DNA from: an uncultured bacterium
Lineage (GTDB): Bacteria > Desulfobacterota_D > UBA1144
NCBI GenBank assembly: GCA_913050245.1
Contig: CAJWZJ010000002.1
Coordinates: forward strand, 27,011 to 91,010
DNA length: 64,000 nt
Direction of reading: 5' to 3'
Both the position numbers and the translations under genes were made by a program. How positions within the stretch are numbered: the first letter of the stretch is position 1; the number at the start of each line of letters is the position of its first letter. Shown here in pieces: positions 9,125 through 19,474 of the stretch. Under the pieces are notes generated by a model. It was not told where the DNA came from. It was given only the letters and a program-made list of their open reading frames with translations, and ran no database searches.

Positions 9125-10132
9125 ATGTCTATAAGGGTTGGTATAAATGGATTTGGAAGAATTGGACGACAAGTTTTAAGAATATCTTTAGAAAGAAATG
9201 ATATTGATGTTGTTGCAATCAATGATATAGCTGATTTAAATACTTGTTCTCAACTTTTGAAATTCGATTCTGTTTTTGGCCAATTAAACAAGGATGTTAA
9301 AACTAATAAAAATAGTTTAGATATAGATGGCAAGAGCATAAGGTTTTTCTCTGAAATGTCTCCTGACAACATAGACTGGAATTCAGAAAAATGCGATATT
9401 GTTATTGAATCTACTGGAATTTTTACCACTCAAGATAAAGCATCCTCGCATCTGGGCGGAACAGTAAAAAAAGTAGTAATATCCGCGCCTGCTAGCGGAG
9501 ATATTGATTTAACGACGGTGATGGGTGCCAATGATAAAATTTATGATTCATCTAAACACAATATTGTATCAAATGCTTCATGCACTACAAATTGTTTAGC
9601 AATGGTAGTTAAAGTTTTAAGAGATAGTTTTGGATTGATTAATGGACATATGACCACAGTTCATTCATACACTAATGATCAACGAATAGTTGATTCTCCT
9701 CATAAAGATATAAGAAGAGCTCGAGCTGGTGCTTTATCAATGATACCCACAAGCACTGGAGCTACAAAAGCAATTGAAGAAATTTTTCCTGATCTAAAAG
9801 GAAATCTCTCTGCAATATCAGTTAGAGTTCCCACACCAAATGTTTCAATGGTGGATTTTGTTGCGAACATAGAAAAAAGTGCAAAAGTTGATGATATTCA
9901 TGATGCTTTCATATCAGCTTCTGAAAATGAATTAAAAGGATATTTAGGTATAGCACATGATGGAGCTGTATCAATTGATCTCTTAGGAAATAAAAATTCT
10001 GCAATATATGATCCATTTGGAACAAGTGTAATTTCCGAAAATTTTATAAAAATTGTTGCTTGGTATGATAATGAGTATGGCTATTCATCTCGTGTAATAG
10101 ATTTAGCAGTAAAAATTGGAAGCCAGCTTTGA
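9125..10132 (+). CDS. gap: Glyceraldehyde-3-phosphate dehydrogenase
   Basis: MSIRVGINGFGRIGR start preceded by AGGAGG, plus the SNASCTTNCL active site. The TTG at 9068 in the ORF track adds a non-homologous extension, so I use ATG 9125. Confidence 0.92.
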   Translation: MSIRVGINGFGRIGRQVLRISLERNDIDVVAINDIADLNTCSQLLKFDSVFGQLNKDVKTNKNSLDIDGKSIRFFSEMSPDNIDWNSEKCDIVIESTGIFTTQDKASSHLGGTVKKVVISAPASGDIDLTTVMGANDKIYDSSKHNIVSNASCTTNCLAMVVKVLRDSFGLINGHMTTVHSYTNDQRIVDSPHKDIRRARAGALSMIPTSTGATKAIEEIFPDLKGNLSAISVRVPTPNVSMVDFVANIEKSAKVDDIHDAFISASENELKGYLGIAHDGAVSIDLLGNKNSAIYDPFGTSVISENFIKIVAWYDNEYGYSSRVIDLAVKIGSQL

Positions 10133-11325
10133 GTATAAAGAAAGTTATATCTGACTATCCCAAAGATTTTTTTAATGGAAAAAAAGTATTTATTAGAGTC
10201 GATTTTAATGTTCCTATAAATAATGAACAAAACATAATTCGCGAGGATTATAGAATAAGAAGGGCTATACCAACAATTGATTTCCTTATAGATTCTGGTG
10301 CCAAAGTTATTTTAGGCTCACACCTTGGACGTCCTAAGGGAATAGTGAACGATGATTTGTCTTTAAGGATTGTATCTGAAAGATTATCTGAGTTAATGGG
10401 AAAGAAGGTTTTTTTCTGTGATGATTTTAAAGATAAAGATTGGATAAATAAAGTTGACCTTCTACCTAATGGCTCAATAGTTTTGTTAGAAAACCTGAGA
10501 TTTTATAAAGAAGAAACTGACAATGATGAATCTTTTTCCGAGCTACTTTCTTCTTTTTGTGACATATATGTTAATGAGGCATTTGGAACATCTCATAGAG
10601 CTCATGCATCAACCTACGGTATGGCAAAAAATTTTGATACTAAACTTGCCGGGTTTCTTGTTAACAAAGAGCTACAATTTATTTCAGAAATGTTGTCGAA
10701 AACAAACAAACCTTTTGTTGTTATAATAGGCGGTTCAAAAATTAAAGATAAAATTTCCGCTATGTCTAAATTATTAGATAGAGCTGATAAGATAATAATA
10801 GCCGGTGGTGCTGCTTATACTTTTATTAAAGCCAATGGTGGTGATATTGGCAATTCTATTTTTGAAGCCGAGATGATTGAGTGGTCTAGGAAAGTTTATA
10901 CCGAATATTCAGACAAAATCGTATTACCAGTTGATCATTTAGTATCTGAATCTATTGAAAAAACTAACTCTTGCTTAATTGTTGATGATAATATTCCTGA
11001 CGGGTACCAGGCATTTGATATTGGTCCTAAGACCATAGATTTGTTTAATTCAATTATTAAGGGACCTGGATCTATTTTTTGGAATGGTCCAATGGGTGTA
11101 TTCGAGGTAGAAAAATATTCCTCTGGAACCATTCATGTTGCAAGAGCTGTTGCTTTAGCTACATGGAGAGGCGCAACCTCCGTTGTAGGCGGTGGTGAAA
11201 CAATCGCTGCCTTAAGAAAGGCTGAGGTTCTGGAGTCAGAGATATCACATATGTCGACTGGTGGTGGTGCACTCTTAGAATATATTGGTGGTTCTAGTTT
11301 GCCAGGTATAGAAATTCTTGATTAA
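10129..11325 (+). CDS. pgk: Phosphoglycerate kinase
   Basis: [13 protein letters not shown] and SHLGRPKG motifs and a C-terminal STGGGA. The TTG start overlaps the gap stop codon (TTGA). Confidence 0.92.
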   Translation: MSIKKVISDYPKDFFNGKKVFIRVDFNVPINNEQNIIREDYRIRRAIPTIDFLIDSGAKVILGSHLGRPKGIVNDDLSLRIVSERLSELMGKKVFFCDDFKDKDWINKVDLLPNGSIVLLENLRFYKEETDNDESFSELLSSFCDIYVNEAFGTSHRAHASTYGMAKNFDTKLAGFLVNKELQFISEMLSKTNKPFVVIIGGSKIKDKISAMSKLLDRADKIIIAGGAAYTFIKANGGDIGNSIFEAEMIEWSRKVYTEYSDKIVLPVDHLVSESIEKTNSCLIVDDNIPDGYQAFDIGPKTIDLFNSIIKGPGSIFWNGPMGVFEVEKYSSGTIHVARAVALATWRGATSVVGGGETIAALRKAEVLESEISHMSTGGGALLEYIGGSSLPGIEILD

Positions 11326-11342
11326 TATTTTATAATTCAATA

Positions 11343-12419
11343 ATGTCTAAATCCCGACCTTCAAATGATACTTCCTGGATAGAATCACTTTTAGGCAATG
11401 AATCGGAAAATCTTCTTTCACATGAATGTAAAACCATAAGTAAAGACTTAATATCAAAACCAGGCAAAGATTATGTCGATAGAGTTTTGTCATTAACTGA
11501 TAGACCTAATTCAGTATTAAAGAACTTCCAAAATTTAATCAACAGCGGAAGATTAAAAGGCACGGGGTATTTGTCTATTTTGCCTGTTGATCAAGGTGTA
11601 GAACATTCTGCTGGTGCTTCTTTTGCACCAAATCCTATATACTTCGATCCCGAAAATTTAGTTAAGTTGGCTATTGAAGGTGGGTGTAGTGCTATCACTT
11701 CAACTTTAGGAGTTTTAGGGTCGGTTTCCAGAAAATATTCACATAAAATCCCCTTTATAGTTAAATTAAATCATAATCAATTTCTATCTTACCCAAATGA
11801 GTATGACCAAATACCTTTTGCATCCGTTGATCAAGCCTTTCAGTTAGGAGCAATAGGTGTAGGAGCGACAATATATTTTGGGTCTGAGGAAAGTTCAAGG
11901 CAAATTCAAGAAGTATCGCAAATGTTTGAATATGCTCATTCTCTTGGACTAGTTACAATCTTGTGGGCTTATTTAAGGAATTCGGCTTTTAAGAAAGATA
12001 CAAAAGATTATCATGTAGCCGCAGATTTAACTGGACAAGCAAATCATCTAGCTGCAACAATCCAAGCAGATATAGTTAAACAAAAGATTGCAGAAACTAA
12101 TGGAGGTTTTGTTGATTTAAATTTCGGCAAAACTCATAAAAAAGTTTATTCTGATTTAACATCTGATAATCCTATAGATCTAAATAGGTACCAACTAGTT
12201 AACTGTCATGCAGGAAGATCGGGATTGATTAATTCTGGCGGCCCATCAGGTGAAAATGATATTGCTCAAGCGGTTAAAACGGCAATAATTAATAAAAGAT
12301 CTGGTGGTATGGGCTTAATCACTGGTAGGAAAGCTTTCCAAAAAACTATGAAAGATGGGATTGAAATTCTTAATACGGTTCAAGATGTCTACTTAAACAA
12401 AAAAATTACTATAGCCTAG
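11343..12419 (+). CDS. fbaB: Class I fructose-bisphosphate aldolase (FbaB/DhnA type)
   Basis: Near co-linear with E. coli FbaB as recalled: [47 protein letters not shown], and it ends KITIA. Confidence 0.88.
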   Translation: MSKSRPSNDTSWIESLLGNESENLLSHECKTISKDLISKPGKDYVDRVLSLTDRPNSVLKNFQNLINSGRLKGTGYLSILPVDQGVEHSAGASFAPNPIYFDPENLVKLAIEGGCSAITSTLGVLGSVSRKYSHKIPFIVKLNHNQFLSYPNEYDQIPFASVDQAFQLGAIGVGATIYFGSEESSRQIQEVSQMFEYAHSLGLVTILWAYLRNSAFKKDTKDYHVAADLTGQANHLAATIQADIVKQKIAETNGGFVDLNFGKTHKKVYSDLTSDNPIDLNRYQLVNCHAGRSGLINSGGPSGENDIAQAVKTAIINKRSGGMGLITGRKAFQKTMKDGIEILNTVQDVYLNKKITIA

Positions 12420-13432
12420 TTAAATAATCTACTTTTTAAAAACTTATTAATTTGTTTGACCATTTCTGGAGATCCTATAAAAATTGGCGACTTCTGATGT
12501 ATTGTTTTTGGCACTACATCTAAGATTCTTTTTTTTCCGTCGGTTGCTAAACCGCCTGCTTGTTCAATTATGAATGACATAGGATTACATTCATATAATA
12601 ATCTCAACTTACCACTGGAAGCACTTTTAGATTTTGAATAAATGAATAATCCGCCCTTTAATAAACTGCGATGTATATCAGCAACCATTGAACCCACATA
12701 TCTTAATGAATATGGTCTTCCAGATTTCTCATGATTTTGCTCACACCACCTAATGTATTCTTGAACTGATAAAGGAAATTCATAAAAATTTCCTTGATTT
12801 ACTGAGTACATCCTACCTTTTTTTGGTATTTTTATATCTTTATGAGATAAATAAAATTCTTGAACCACAGGATCAAGTGTAAATGCATCAACACCTTTAC
12901 CTACAGTTAATACATAAATCGTAGATGATCCATATATAATATAGCCCGCGGCAACTTGCCTACTTCCAACTTGTAAAAAATCTTTAGAAAAAGTTTTGTC
13001 ACTTACAGTAGGTCTTTTAAGTACTGAAAAAATTGTCCCAACAGGGACATTAACATCAATATTGGTTGAGCCATCTAATGGATCTATACAAACTAGATAC
13101 TTGGAGCTCCTTGATACCTCATTGTTAAAAATTAAAACTTTATCCTTTTCCTCTGAAACAATACCAGCACAATTTCCCCCGTTCTCTAAGGATTTAATGA
13201 AAAGATTATTTGCAACAATATCTAACTTTTTTACCTCTTCCCCATGAGTATTTTTTTTACCTGATAGATCTCCAATAGTGTTATTTAAAGTTGCACTGTT
13301 CAACTCTTTAGCAACCTGTCTCGCCGCAAGTTTAATATCTTTGAGCAATGCAATTAGTTCTCTGTTTTTATCACCGCTAAGTTTATCTTTTAGTAAATAT
13401 TGATAAGCTGTAAGTTTCTCTTTAATCTTCAT
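12416..13432 (-). CDS. fbp: Fructose-1,6-bisphosphatase class 1
   Basis: 338 aa with [11 protein letters not shown] and [12 protein letters not shown] motifs. Its stop codon interlocks with the fbaB stop in a CTAG tetramer. Confidence 0.88.
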   Translation of the reverse strand: MKIKEKLTAYQYLLKDKLSGDKNRELIALLKDIKLAARQVAKELNSATLNNTIGDLSGKKNTHGEEVKKLDIVANNLFIKSLENGGNCAGIVSEEKDKVLIFNNEVSRSSKYLVCIDPLDGSTNIDVNVPVGTIFSVLKRPTVSDKTFSKDFLQVGSRQVAAGYIIYGSSTIYVLTVGKGVDAFTLDPVVQEFYLSHKDIKIPKKGRMYSVNQGNFYEFPLSVQEYIRWCEQNHEKSGRPYSLRYVGSMVADIHRSLLKGGLFIYSKSKSASSGKLRLLYECNPMSFIIEQAGGLATDGKKRILDVVPKTIHQKSPIFIGSPEMVKQINKFLKSRLFN

Positions 13433-13458
13433 TTTTAAACGAATTACATCCTTTTATT

Positions 13459-13890
13459 TTATGTATTAATTAAATCATGTAATAAATTAAAAGTATACGT
13501 ATCTATATTAAAAAATTTATTTAATGTAGCTAAAAATATATACCCAACTAAAATACCTGTTGATGAACCCACAATAAACCCAACTATATGATTAATTATA
13601 TTTAGACCAAAGCTTGAGATTAATTTGTCTAATAATGAGAATATAGTTTTTATTGAGATATAAGTAAATGCGAATAAAATTATAGATGCAAGGAATTCTG
13701 CACCATAGCCGCTATAAAAATTAAATTCTTCATTAAAATATAAAAATATTTTTTTTGAATTCATATAAGCAATAAAGGTTGGTAGCAATATAATCAATAT
13801 TTTGGAAAGACCCTTTATGAATCCAGTAAACAAGCCCATGATAGAGAAAGATATTAAGATGCCTATAAAAATATAATCATAAATCATCAT
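13459..13890 (-). CDS. CvpA-family integral membrane protein
   Basis: 143 aa with 4 predicted TM segments. The N-terminal pattern DYIFIGILISFSIMGLFTGFIKG resembles the CvpA family. Confidence 0.5.
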   Translation of the reverse strand: MMIYDYIFIGILISFSIMGLFTGFIKGLSKILIILLPTFIAYMNSKKIFLYFNEEFNFYSGYGAEFLASIILFAFTYISIKTIFSLLDKLISSFGLNIINHIVGFIVGSSTGILVGYIFLATLNKFFNIDTYTFNLLHDLINT

Positions 13891-13956
13891 ATCTTTATAT
13901 TTTATATTATTTTTTTAATATTTTGACTTAATACTTATATCTGATAATTTAAAAAA

Positions 13957-14937
13957 ATGAATTCAACTGATATTTTAGAGCTTTTGAAGAAGGATTTAAA
14001 CAAAATTGAAATTATTTTAAGAAAATCTATAAAATCTGAAGTAATAACTTCACAACAAATTTCAAGCCATATTGTCTTAAAAGCCGGTAAAAGATTTAGA
14101 CCAATTCTTTTATTACTGAGTTATTTGGTATTTAAAAAAAGGTCTAATCTCAACGTTATCAATGCTGCAGCTGCAGTAGAAATATTACATAATGCCTCTC
14201 TTTTACATGATGATATTGTTGATAATTCTTCGATGAGAAGGGGTCAAAAAACATCAAATTTAATTTGGGGTGACCACGCAAGTGTTTTAGCAGGTGATTT
14301 TCTTCTCTCTAAATCTTTATGGTTAATAAATCAAACTAAAAGCCAACTAGTTATGGATTCTGTAACAAATGCAGCCTCTGAACTAGCTAATGGTCAAATA
14401 ATGGATTTAACATTATCAAAAAGTTTTGATGATTTCTCAATTAAAAACTACTTTAAGATGATTTCTCTCAAGACCGGCTCATTATTATCGTCATGTTCTG
14501 AGGTTGGAGCAATATTAGCTCAGGCTAATAAAAAAGAAATTACTTCAATGAAAGATTTTGGAAAAAATTTAGGAATATCTTTCCAAATTGTTGATGATTT
14601 ACTTGATTTTATTGGTGTAAGTGAAAGTCTTGGCAAGAAAACAATGCAGGATTTGAAAGATGGAAAGGTTACATTACCTCTAATAATTGCTGTGAATTCG
14701 ACGACTATTACTAATCGTAAAAAAGCTAAAATTATTTTAAAAAATAGAAAATTTGATAGAAAGAGTATGGATTTTCTGTATAATCTTATAATTCGTGAAG
14801 GTGCTTTAGAAAAAACAAAAAAAGAGGCAGAAAAGTATTCAAGAAAAGCCATTGGTAATATGAAGTGTCTTGACGAATCAGTCTATAAGATTGCATTAGA
14901 ATTTTTGTTAATTGGAAACTTAACGAGGATTAATTAA
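13957..14937 (+). CDS. Long-chain polyprenyl diphosphate synthase (IspB-like)
   Basis: First and second Asp-rich motifs: LLHDDIVDNSSMRRG and FQIVDDLLD. Confidence 0.8.
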   Translation: MNSTDILELLKKDLNKIEIILRKSIKSEVITSQQISSHIVLKAGKRFRPILLLLSYLVFKKRSNLNVINAAAAVEILHNASLLHDDIVDNSSMRRGQKTSNLIWGDHASVLAGDFLLSKSLWLINQTKSQLVMDSVTNAASELANGQIMDLTLSKSFDDFSIKNYFKMISLKTGSLLSSCSEVGAILAQANKKEITSMKDFGKNLGISFQIVDDLLDFIGVSESLGKKTMQDLKDGKVTLPLIIAVNSTTITNRKKAKIILKNRKFDRKSMDFLYNLIIREGALEKTKKEAEKYSRKAIGNMKCLDESVYKIALEFLLIGNLTRIN

Positions 14938-16560
14938 ATGGATAAAAAAAATTGGCTTGATAAATTTCAAGATAAATTAAAAGAGAGAAAAAATAATTTT
15001 TCTACTTCATCTGGAATAAAAATTGATAGATTTTTTACATTAAATGATATTGATAAAAAAACTGAGGATAAAAATTCTTTGCCAGGACAATTTCCTTTTG
15101 TTCGTGGTGTACAGCCAACAATGTATCGAGGCAGATTTTGGACTATGCGACAGTATGCAGGATTCGGATCAGCAAAAGAAACAAATAATAGATTTAAATA
15201 TCTTCTAGATAAGGGTCAAACTGGTCTTAGTGTCGCTTTTGATTTGCCTACTCAAATGGGTTATGACTCTGATAGTAATATTAGTAAAGGTGAAGTAGGT
15301 AAAGTTGGGGTAGCAATTGATTCGTTAGAAGACATGGAAATTTTACTCGAAGGTATTCCTCTTGATAAAGTATCTACATCAATGACTATAAATGCTACTG
15401 CACCAATGCTTCTGGCCATGTATATGATTACTGCTGAAAAGCAAGGTGTAAGTGCTGATAAAATAATGGGTACCGTACAAAATGATTTACTTAAAGAGTT
15501 TATCGCAAGAGGAACATATGCTTTTCCTCCTGAGCCTTCTGTCAAAATAACAGTTGATTTAATGGAGTATTGTAAAGATAACGTTCCAAAGTGGAATCCT
15601 ATAAGTGTTAGTGGCTATCATATACGTGAAGCTGGTTCAACTGCTGTACAAGAACTTTCTTTCATGCTTGCTGATGCTATAGAATATCTTGAGATAGCAA
15701 AATCTAGAAATATTGATATTGAAAAAATTTGTCAAAGAGTTTCTTTCTTTTTTGCAGTACATAATAATTTTTTTGAGGAGATTGCAAAATATAGAGCTGC
15801 AAGAAGGATTTGGTCAAATATTTTGAAGGATAAGTTTGATGTTCAGAATGAAAGTGCTTGTAAATTTAGAGTTCATTCTCAAACAGGCGGTGTAACCCTT
15901 ACTGCACAACAGCCATTAAATAATGTTGTAAGGGTTTCAATGCAAGCTCTTGCGGCAGTTCTTGGTGGTACTCAATCACTACACACTAATTCATTTGACG
16001 AAGCCCTTGGTCTTCCAACTGAAGAATCTGCTACTATAGCATTAAGAACTCAGCAAATAATAGCTTATGAGTCTGAGGTTGCTGATTCGATTGACCCTTT
16101 AGCGGGATCTTATTACATAGAATATTTAACAGATGAGATAGAGAAGAAAGTTTATGAATACCTAGATAAAATAAGCGAAAAAGGTGGAATGATTAAGTGT
16201 ATTGAAGATAATTTTATTCAAGGTGAAATTGAAAATTCCGCATTTGATTTTCAAATAGAGCTTGAAAATCAAGATAGAGTTGTTGTCGGAGTCAATGATT
16301 TTAAAGCTTCAGAGGAAAAAGAGATGCCGATTCAAGAAATCGATCCCATGTTAGAAAAAGATCAAATAAATCGTTTGAGTAATTTAAGAAAAAATCGAGA
16401 TAATGAATTGGTTGAAAAATGTTTAATAAACTTAACAAAAGCAGCTGAAAATAACGATAATATTATGCCTTATATAGTGGAAGCTGTGAGAACATATTGT
16501 ACAATCGGAGAAATGACCTCAGCATTGGAGAAAGTTTATGGAAGATTTAAGGGTAATTAA
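14938..16560 (+). CDS. Methylmalonyl-CoA mutase, catalytic (substrate-binding barrel) subunit only; no B12-binding domain
   Basis: FPFVRGVQPTMYRGRFWTMRQYAGFG, QTGLSVAFDLPTQ and TVQNDLLKEFIARGTY are present. Tyr in RQYAGF and Arg in ARGTY favour an MCM-type over an ICM-type enzyme. The protein ends after the barrel at 540 aa. Confidence 0.8.
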   Translation: MDKKNWLDKFQDKLKERKNNFSTSSGIKIDRFFTLNDIDKKTEDKNSLPGQFPFVRGVQPTMYRGRFWTMRQYAGFGSAKETNNRFKYLLDKGQTGLSVAFDLPTQMGYDSDSNISKGEVGKVGVAIDSLEDMEILLEGIPLDKVSTSMTINATAPMLLAMYMITAEKQGVSADKIMGTVQNDLLKEFIARGTYAFPPEPSVKITVDLMEYCKDNVPKWNPISVSGYHIREAGSTAVQELSFMLADAIEYLEIAKSRNIDIEKICQRVSFFFAVHNNFFEEIAKYRAARRIWSNILKDKFDVQNESACKFRVHSQTGGVTLTAQQPLNNVVRVSMQALAAVLGGTQSLHTNSFDEALGLPTEESATIALRTQQIIAYESEVADSIDPLAGSYYIEYLTDEIEKKVYEYLDKISEKGGMIKCIEDNFIQGEIENSAFDFQIELENQDRVVVGVNDFKASEEKEMPIQEIDPMLEKDQINRLSNLRKNRDNELVEKCLINLTKAAENNDNIMPYIVEAVRTYCTIGEMTSALEKVYGRFKGN

Positions 16561-17029
16561 TATTTTTGCTCATTAAAATGGCATTTTCATTTGATCTAAC
16601 ATAATATTTTTTCCTTATACCATCTACTACAAATCCCTTTTTTTTATATAAATCTATTGCAATTAAATTTGACTCTCTAACTTCTAAATAGATTTTTTTA
16701 AGTGAATTTTTAACCGCAAAAGAATAAACATTAGAGATTAAATTAGAAGCTATTCCTTTTTTTTGATAATTCCTAATCGTAGCGATTTTTAAAATTTCAA
16801 TAAATTCATCATTAAATTTGCAGAGACAATAACTAATAATATCCCCAGTATTTTCTATGATAAAATTTAAACTATCGTCATTTTTAAATTGAGAGTTTAT
16901 TTGTTTTATATTCCAACTATCTACAAAATAAGTTCTTTCTATCTTTTCAATTTTTAATATGTCATCTTTATGATAACTATTTTTACTTTCTACTATCTTT
17001 CCATTATCTAATTCTAAAAATTTATTCAC
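16547..17029 (-). CDS. GNAT N-acetyltransferase (RimI-like)
   Basis: 160 aa with the acetyl-CoA motif RNYQKKGIASNLI. The size and shape fit ribosomal-protein-alanine acetyltransferases. Confidence 0.6.
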   Translation of the reverse strand: MNKFLELDNGKIVESKNSYHKDDILKIEKIERTYFVDSWNIKQINSQFKNDDSLNFIIENTGDIISYCLCKFNDEFIEILKIATIRNYQKKGIASNLISNVYSFAVKNSLKKIYLEVRESNLIAIDLYKKKGFVVDGIRKKYYVRSNENAILMSKNINYP

Positions 17030-17053
17030 ATTTTATATTATAATAGATTAGAT

Positions 17054-17788
17054 ATGAAAAAAGCATTGGTAGTTTTGAGTGGAGGTCAAGATTCTACAAC
17101 CTGCCTTTTTTGGGCTATGAAAAAAGGTTATGAATGTTCGGCTATAACCTTTAATTATAATCAGCTTCATTCTTTAGAAGTTGAATCCTCAAAAAAAGTT
17201 GCTACGATGGCAAACCTTAAAAATCATATAATTTTAGACTTAGGTTCAATTTTCGATGGTGATTCACCACTAACAAATTTCAATAAAAAACTTGAACTCA
17301 ATGATAGCCTTTCCAAATTTAGCGATGGTATGCAAAAGACTTTTATTCCATCGAGAAATATTGTTTTTTTATCTTTAGCCTCAAATTATGCATATTCTAT
17401 TGGAGCAGAATATTTAGTTACAGGAATTTGCCAAACAGATTATGCTGGATATCCAGATTGTAGAGGTGAATTTATCCAATCATTAGAGCAAACAATATCA
17501 TTAGGATTAGATAAAAAAATTGAAATACTTACACCATTATTAGACTTAAAAAAGTACGAAATAGTTAATCTTGCTTTTGAACTAGGTAAAGAATGTTGGA
17601 ATGCATTAGCATATACTCATACTTCATATTGTGGAAAATTTCCACCAAGTGGTAAAGATCATGCTTCATTATTAAGGGCCAGGGGCTTTGAGGAGGCGGG
17701 TCTACCTGATCCATTAATACTAAGAGCTTATGAGGAGGGATTGGTAGATTTGCCAAAAACTAAAAATTATGAAAGCCAAAATAAATGA
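17054..17788 (+). CDS. queC: 7-cyano-7-deazaguanine synthase
   Basis: ALVVLSGGQDSTTC PP-loop motif and a C-terminal Cys-containing segment (TSYCG). It overlaps queE. Confidence 0.88.
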   Translation: MKKALVVLSGGQDSTTCLFWAMKKGYECSAITFNYNQLHSLEVESSKKVATMANLKNHIILDLGSIFDGDSPLTNFNKKLELNDSLSKFSDGMQKTFIPSRNIVFLSLASNYAYSIGAEYLVTGICQTDYAGYPDCRGEFIQSLEQTISLGLDKKIEILTPLLDLKKYEIVNLAFELGKECWNALAYTHTSYCGKFPPSGKDHASLLRARGFEEAGLPDPLILRAYEEGLVDLPKTKNYESQNK

Positions 17789-18413
17789 AATATTTTTCTC
17801 AATACAGGGGGAAGGGGTTTTAATTGGAACACCCACTATATTCATAAGGCTTTATGGATGCAACTTAAGATGTTCATGGTGTGATTCAATGTATTCTGTT
17901 GAAGGGGATGATTTTAAAGAGCTATCAATTTCAAATATTATTAAAGAAACACAAAAATACAGGTGTGATAATATTTGCATAACTGGTGGTGAACCACTAC
18001 TACAATTTGATTTCGTTACATTATTAACTGAAAAGTTACTTAAAGTAGAAAAAAAAATCATTTTAGAAACCGCAGGGCATATAAGTCCTCCAAAAATTTA
18101 TCAAAATATTAATACTATAGTTAGTATGGATTGCAAATGCCCCTCGTCTAAAATGGAGGGTAAAAGTAATAAAAAAAATTTATTAAATCTTAGTAAAAAA
18201 GATCAAATTAAATTTGTAATCAAAGACGAAACAGATTATTTGTATGCAAAGAAATTAACAGAGAATAATAATTTTAATGCGAATATAATTTTTCAACCAG
18301 TCTGGGGTTCAAATCCAGGAATAATTGCTGATAAAGTATTAAAAGATAATTTAGATGTAAGAGTATTACCACAAATTCATAAAAATTTTTGGGGTGATAT
18401 AAAAGGTAAATAA
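17769..18413 (+). CDS. queE: 7-carboxy-7-deazaguanine synthase (short radical-SAM form)
   Basis: INEIFFSIQGEG...FIRLYGCNLRCSWCDS...ITGGEPL motifs. Confidence 0.85.
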   Translation: MKAKINEIFFSIQGEGVLIGTPTIFIRLYGCNLRCSWCDSMYSVEGDDFKELSISNIIKETQKYRCDNICITGGEPLLQFDFVTLLTEKLLKVEKKIILETAGHISPPKIYQNINTIVSMDCKCPSSKMEGKSNKKNLLNLSKKDQIKFVIKDETDYLYAKKLTENNNFNANIIFQPVWGSNPGIIADKVLKDNLDVRVLPQIHKNFWGDIKGK

Positions 18414-18416
18414 TGT

Positions 18417-18719
18417 TTATTCTTTCCAATTAGATAATTTTTTTAAGCTCTCAAAAGAATATATTCCTGTTTCATGTCCATCAGCCCATTTGAATTTTAG
18501 GGCATAAGTTCCGACTCTATCGATAGAAATTAATTCATAACATTCTTTATTTTTCAATTGTATCTTTTTTTTAAAACCTTTCTCGGCAGCTTTACATGTT
18601 GCACAAGGACATGCATTTCTAATATCTCTGAGAAGTAAATATCCTATATTATCCTTATCCCATTCAATGGATATTAAGCTGTCATTTAATATTTCAAAGT
18701 TTCCGATATTTTCTGTCAT
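18417..18719 (-). CDS. DUF971 (gamma-butyrobetaine hydroxylase N-terminal-like) small protein
   Basis: 100 aa with LRDIRNACPCATC...VGTYALKFKWADGHETGIYSFESL, which matches the DUF971 pattern. Confidence 0.7.
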   Translation of the reverse strand: MTENIGNFEILNDSLISIEWDKDNIGYLLLRDIRNACPCATCKAAEKGFKKKIQLKNKECYELISIDRVGTYALKFKWADGHETGIYSFESLKKLSNWKE

Positions 18720-19473
18720 GATACAATTAAAAATGATTAAAAGTATATTACAAGAATATATATTGAATTCTAATAATATTGCAATAATTATTGAAAAAAA
18801 TATTTACAGAGATGGGGAAATTGAGAAAATGTTTGATTTTGAAAAAAGACCTCATATGTCGGAATATAGAAACTCTAGCGAAATTAGAGACTACTTTCAT
18901 AAGTATACAAAAAAAAATCTAAAAAAAAATTTTCCTTTTAAGCCTAATAATATATATAAGAAGATTCTAAAATTAGATACAAGTTCATCGGTAAGGGGAA
19001 TAATTAATATGAATATTGACGGCATTTTAAAATTAAACGGCGCAAAAAATGTCATTGATTTAGAGGGGAATTTGAATTGGTTATATTGCTCACAATGTGG
19101 AATGGAAACTTCTATGGAATCTTTTGCAAATAATCAAGATGATGTATTGTGTAGTAATTGTAAAGATAATTCATTAAAGATAAATCTTCCATTTAATGGA
19201 CAAGAACCATCTCAATGGGATCTTAAGGATTGCTGGGTCTTGCTCAACTCGTGTGATTTATTGATTTTGTTAGTTGAAAATTTCATCTCACCTATAACTT
19301 TTTCTTATATAGAGCTAGTTAAGAATAGACTTGATAGGATAATAATTACAGGAAATTTAATAGATTTTACAATGGGAAATACACCCGAATTCTTTTCCGA
19401 TTCTCATTATATCTGCTCAAACAATGATTTTTTAGATATACTCTTAGAGTTAACCACAAAGAGAAATAATTAA
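18718..19473 (+). CDS. Sir2-fold protein with all catalytic motifs substituted (pseudo-sirtuin); the start is uncertain (18718 or 18733)
   Basis: Co-linear with CobB-type sirtuins: PNNIYKKILKL, IINMNIDGILKLNG, IDLEGNL..YCSQCG..CSNC (Cys4 Zn ribbon kept). However GAGxS is EKNIY, HG is EG (GAG codon 19063..19065) and GTS is VEN. Confidence 0.55.
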   Translation: MIQLKMIKSILQEYILNSNNIAIIIEKNIYRDGEIEKMFDFEKRPHMSEYRNSSEIRDYFHKYTKKNLKKNFPFKPNNIYKKILKLDTSSSVRGIINMNIDGILKLNGAKNVIDLEGNLNWLYCSQCGMETSMESFANNQDDVLCSNCKDNSLKINLPFNGQEPSQWDLKDCWVLLNSCDLLILLVENFISPITFSYIELVKNRLDRIIITGNLIDFTMGNTPEFFSDSHYICSNNDFLDILLELTTKRNN

Positions 19474-19474
19474 A

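Noticed and set aside
17054-18413. An incomplete queuosine pathway (queC, queE here, queF at 47646..48014, no queD) as an anomaly
   Set aside because: The genes are simply dispersed. queD and folE may lie outside the window, and nothing in the sequence suggests a 7-deazaguanine DNA-modification (dpd-like) system.
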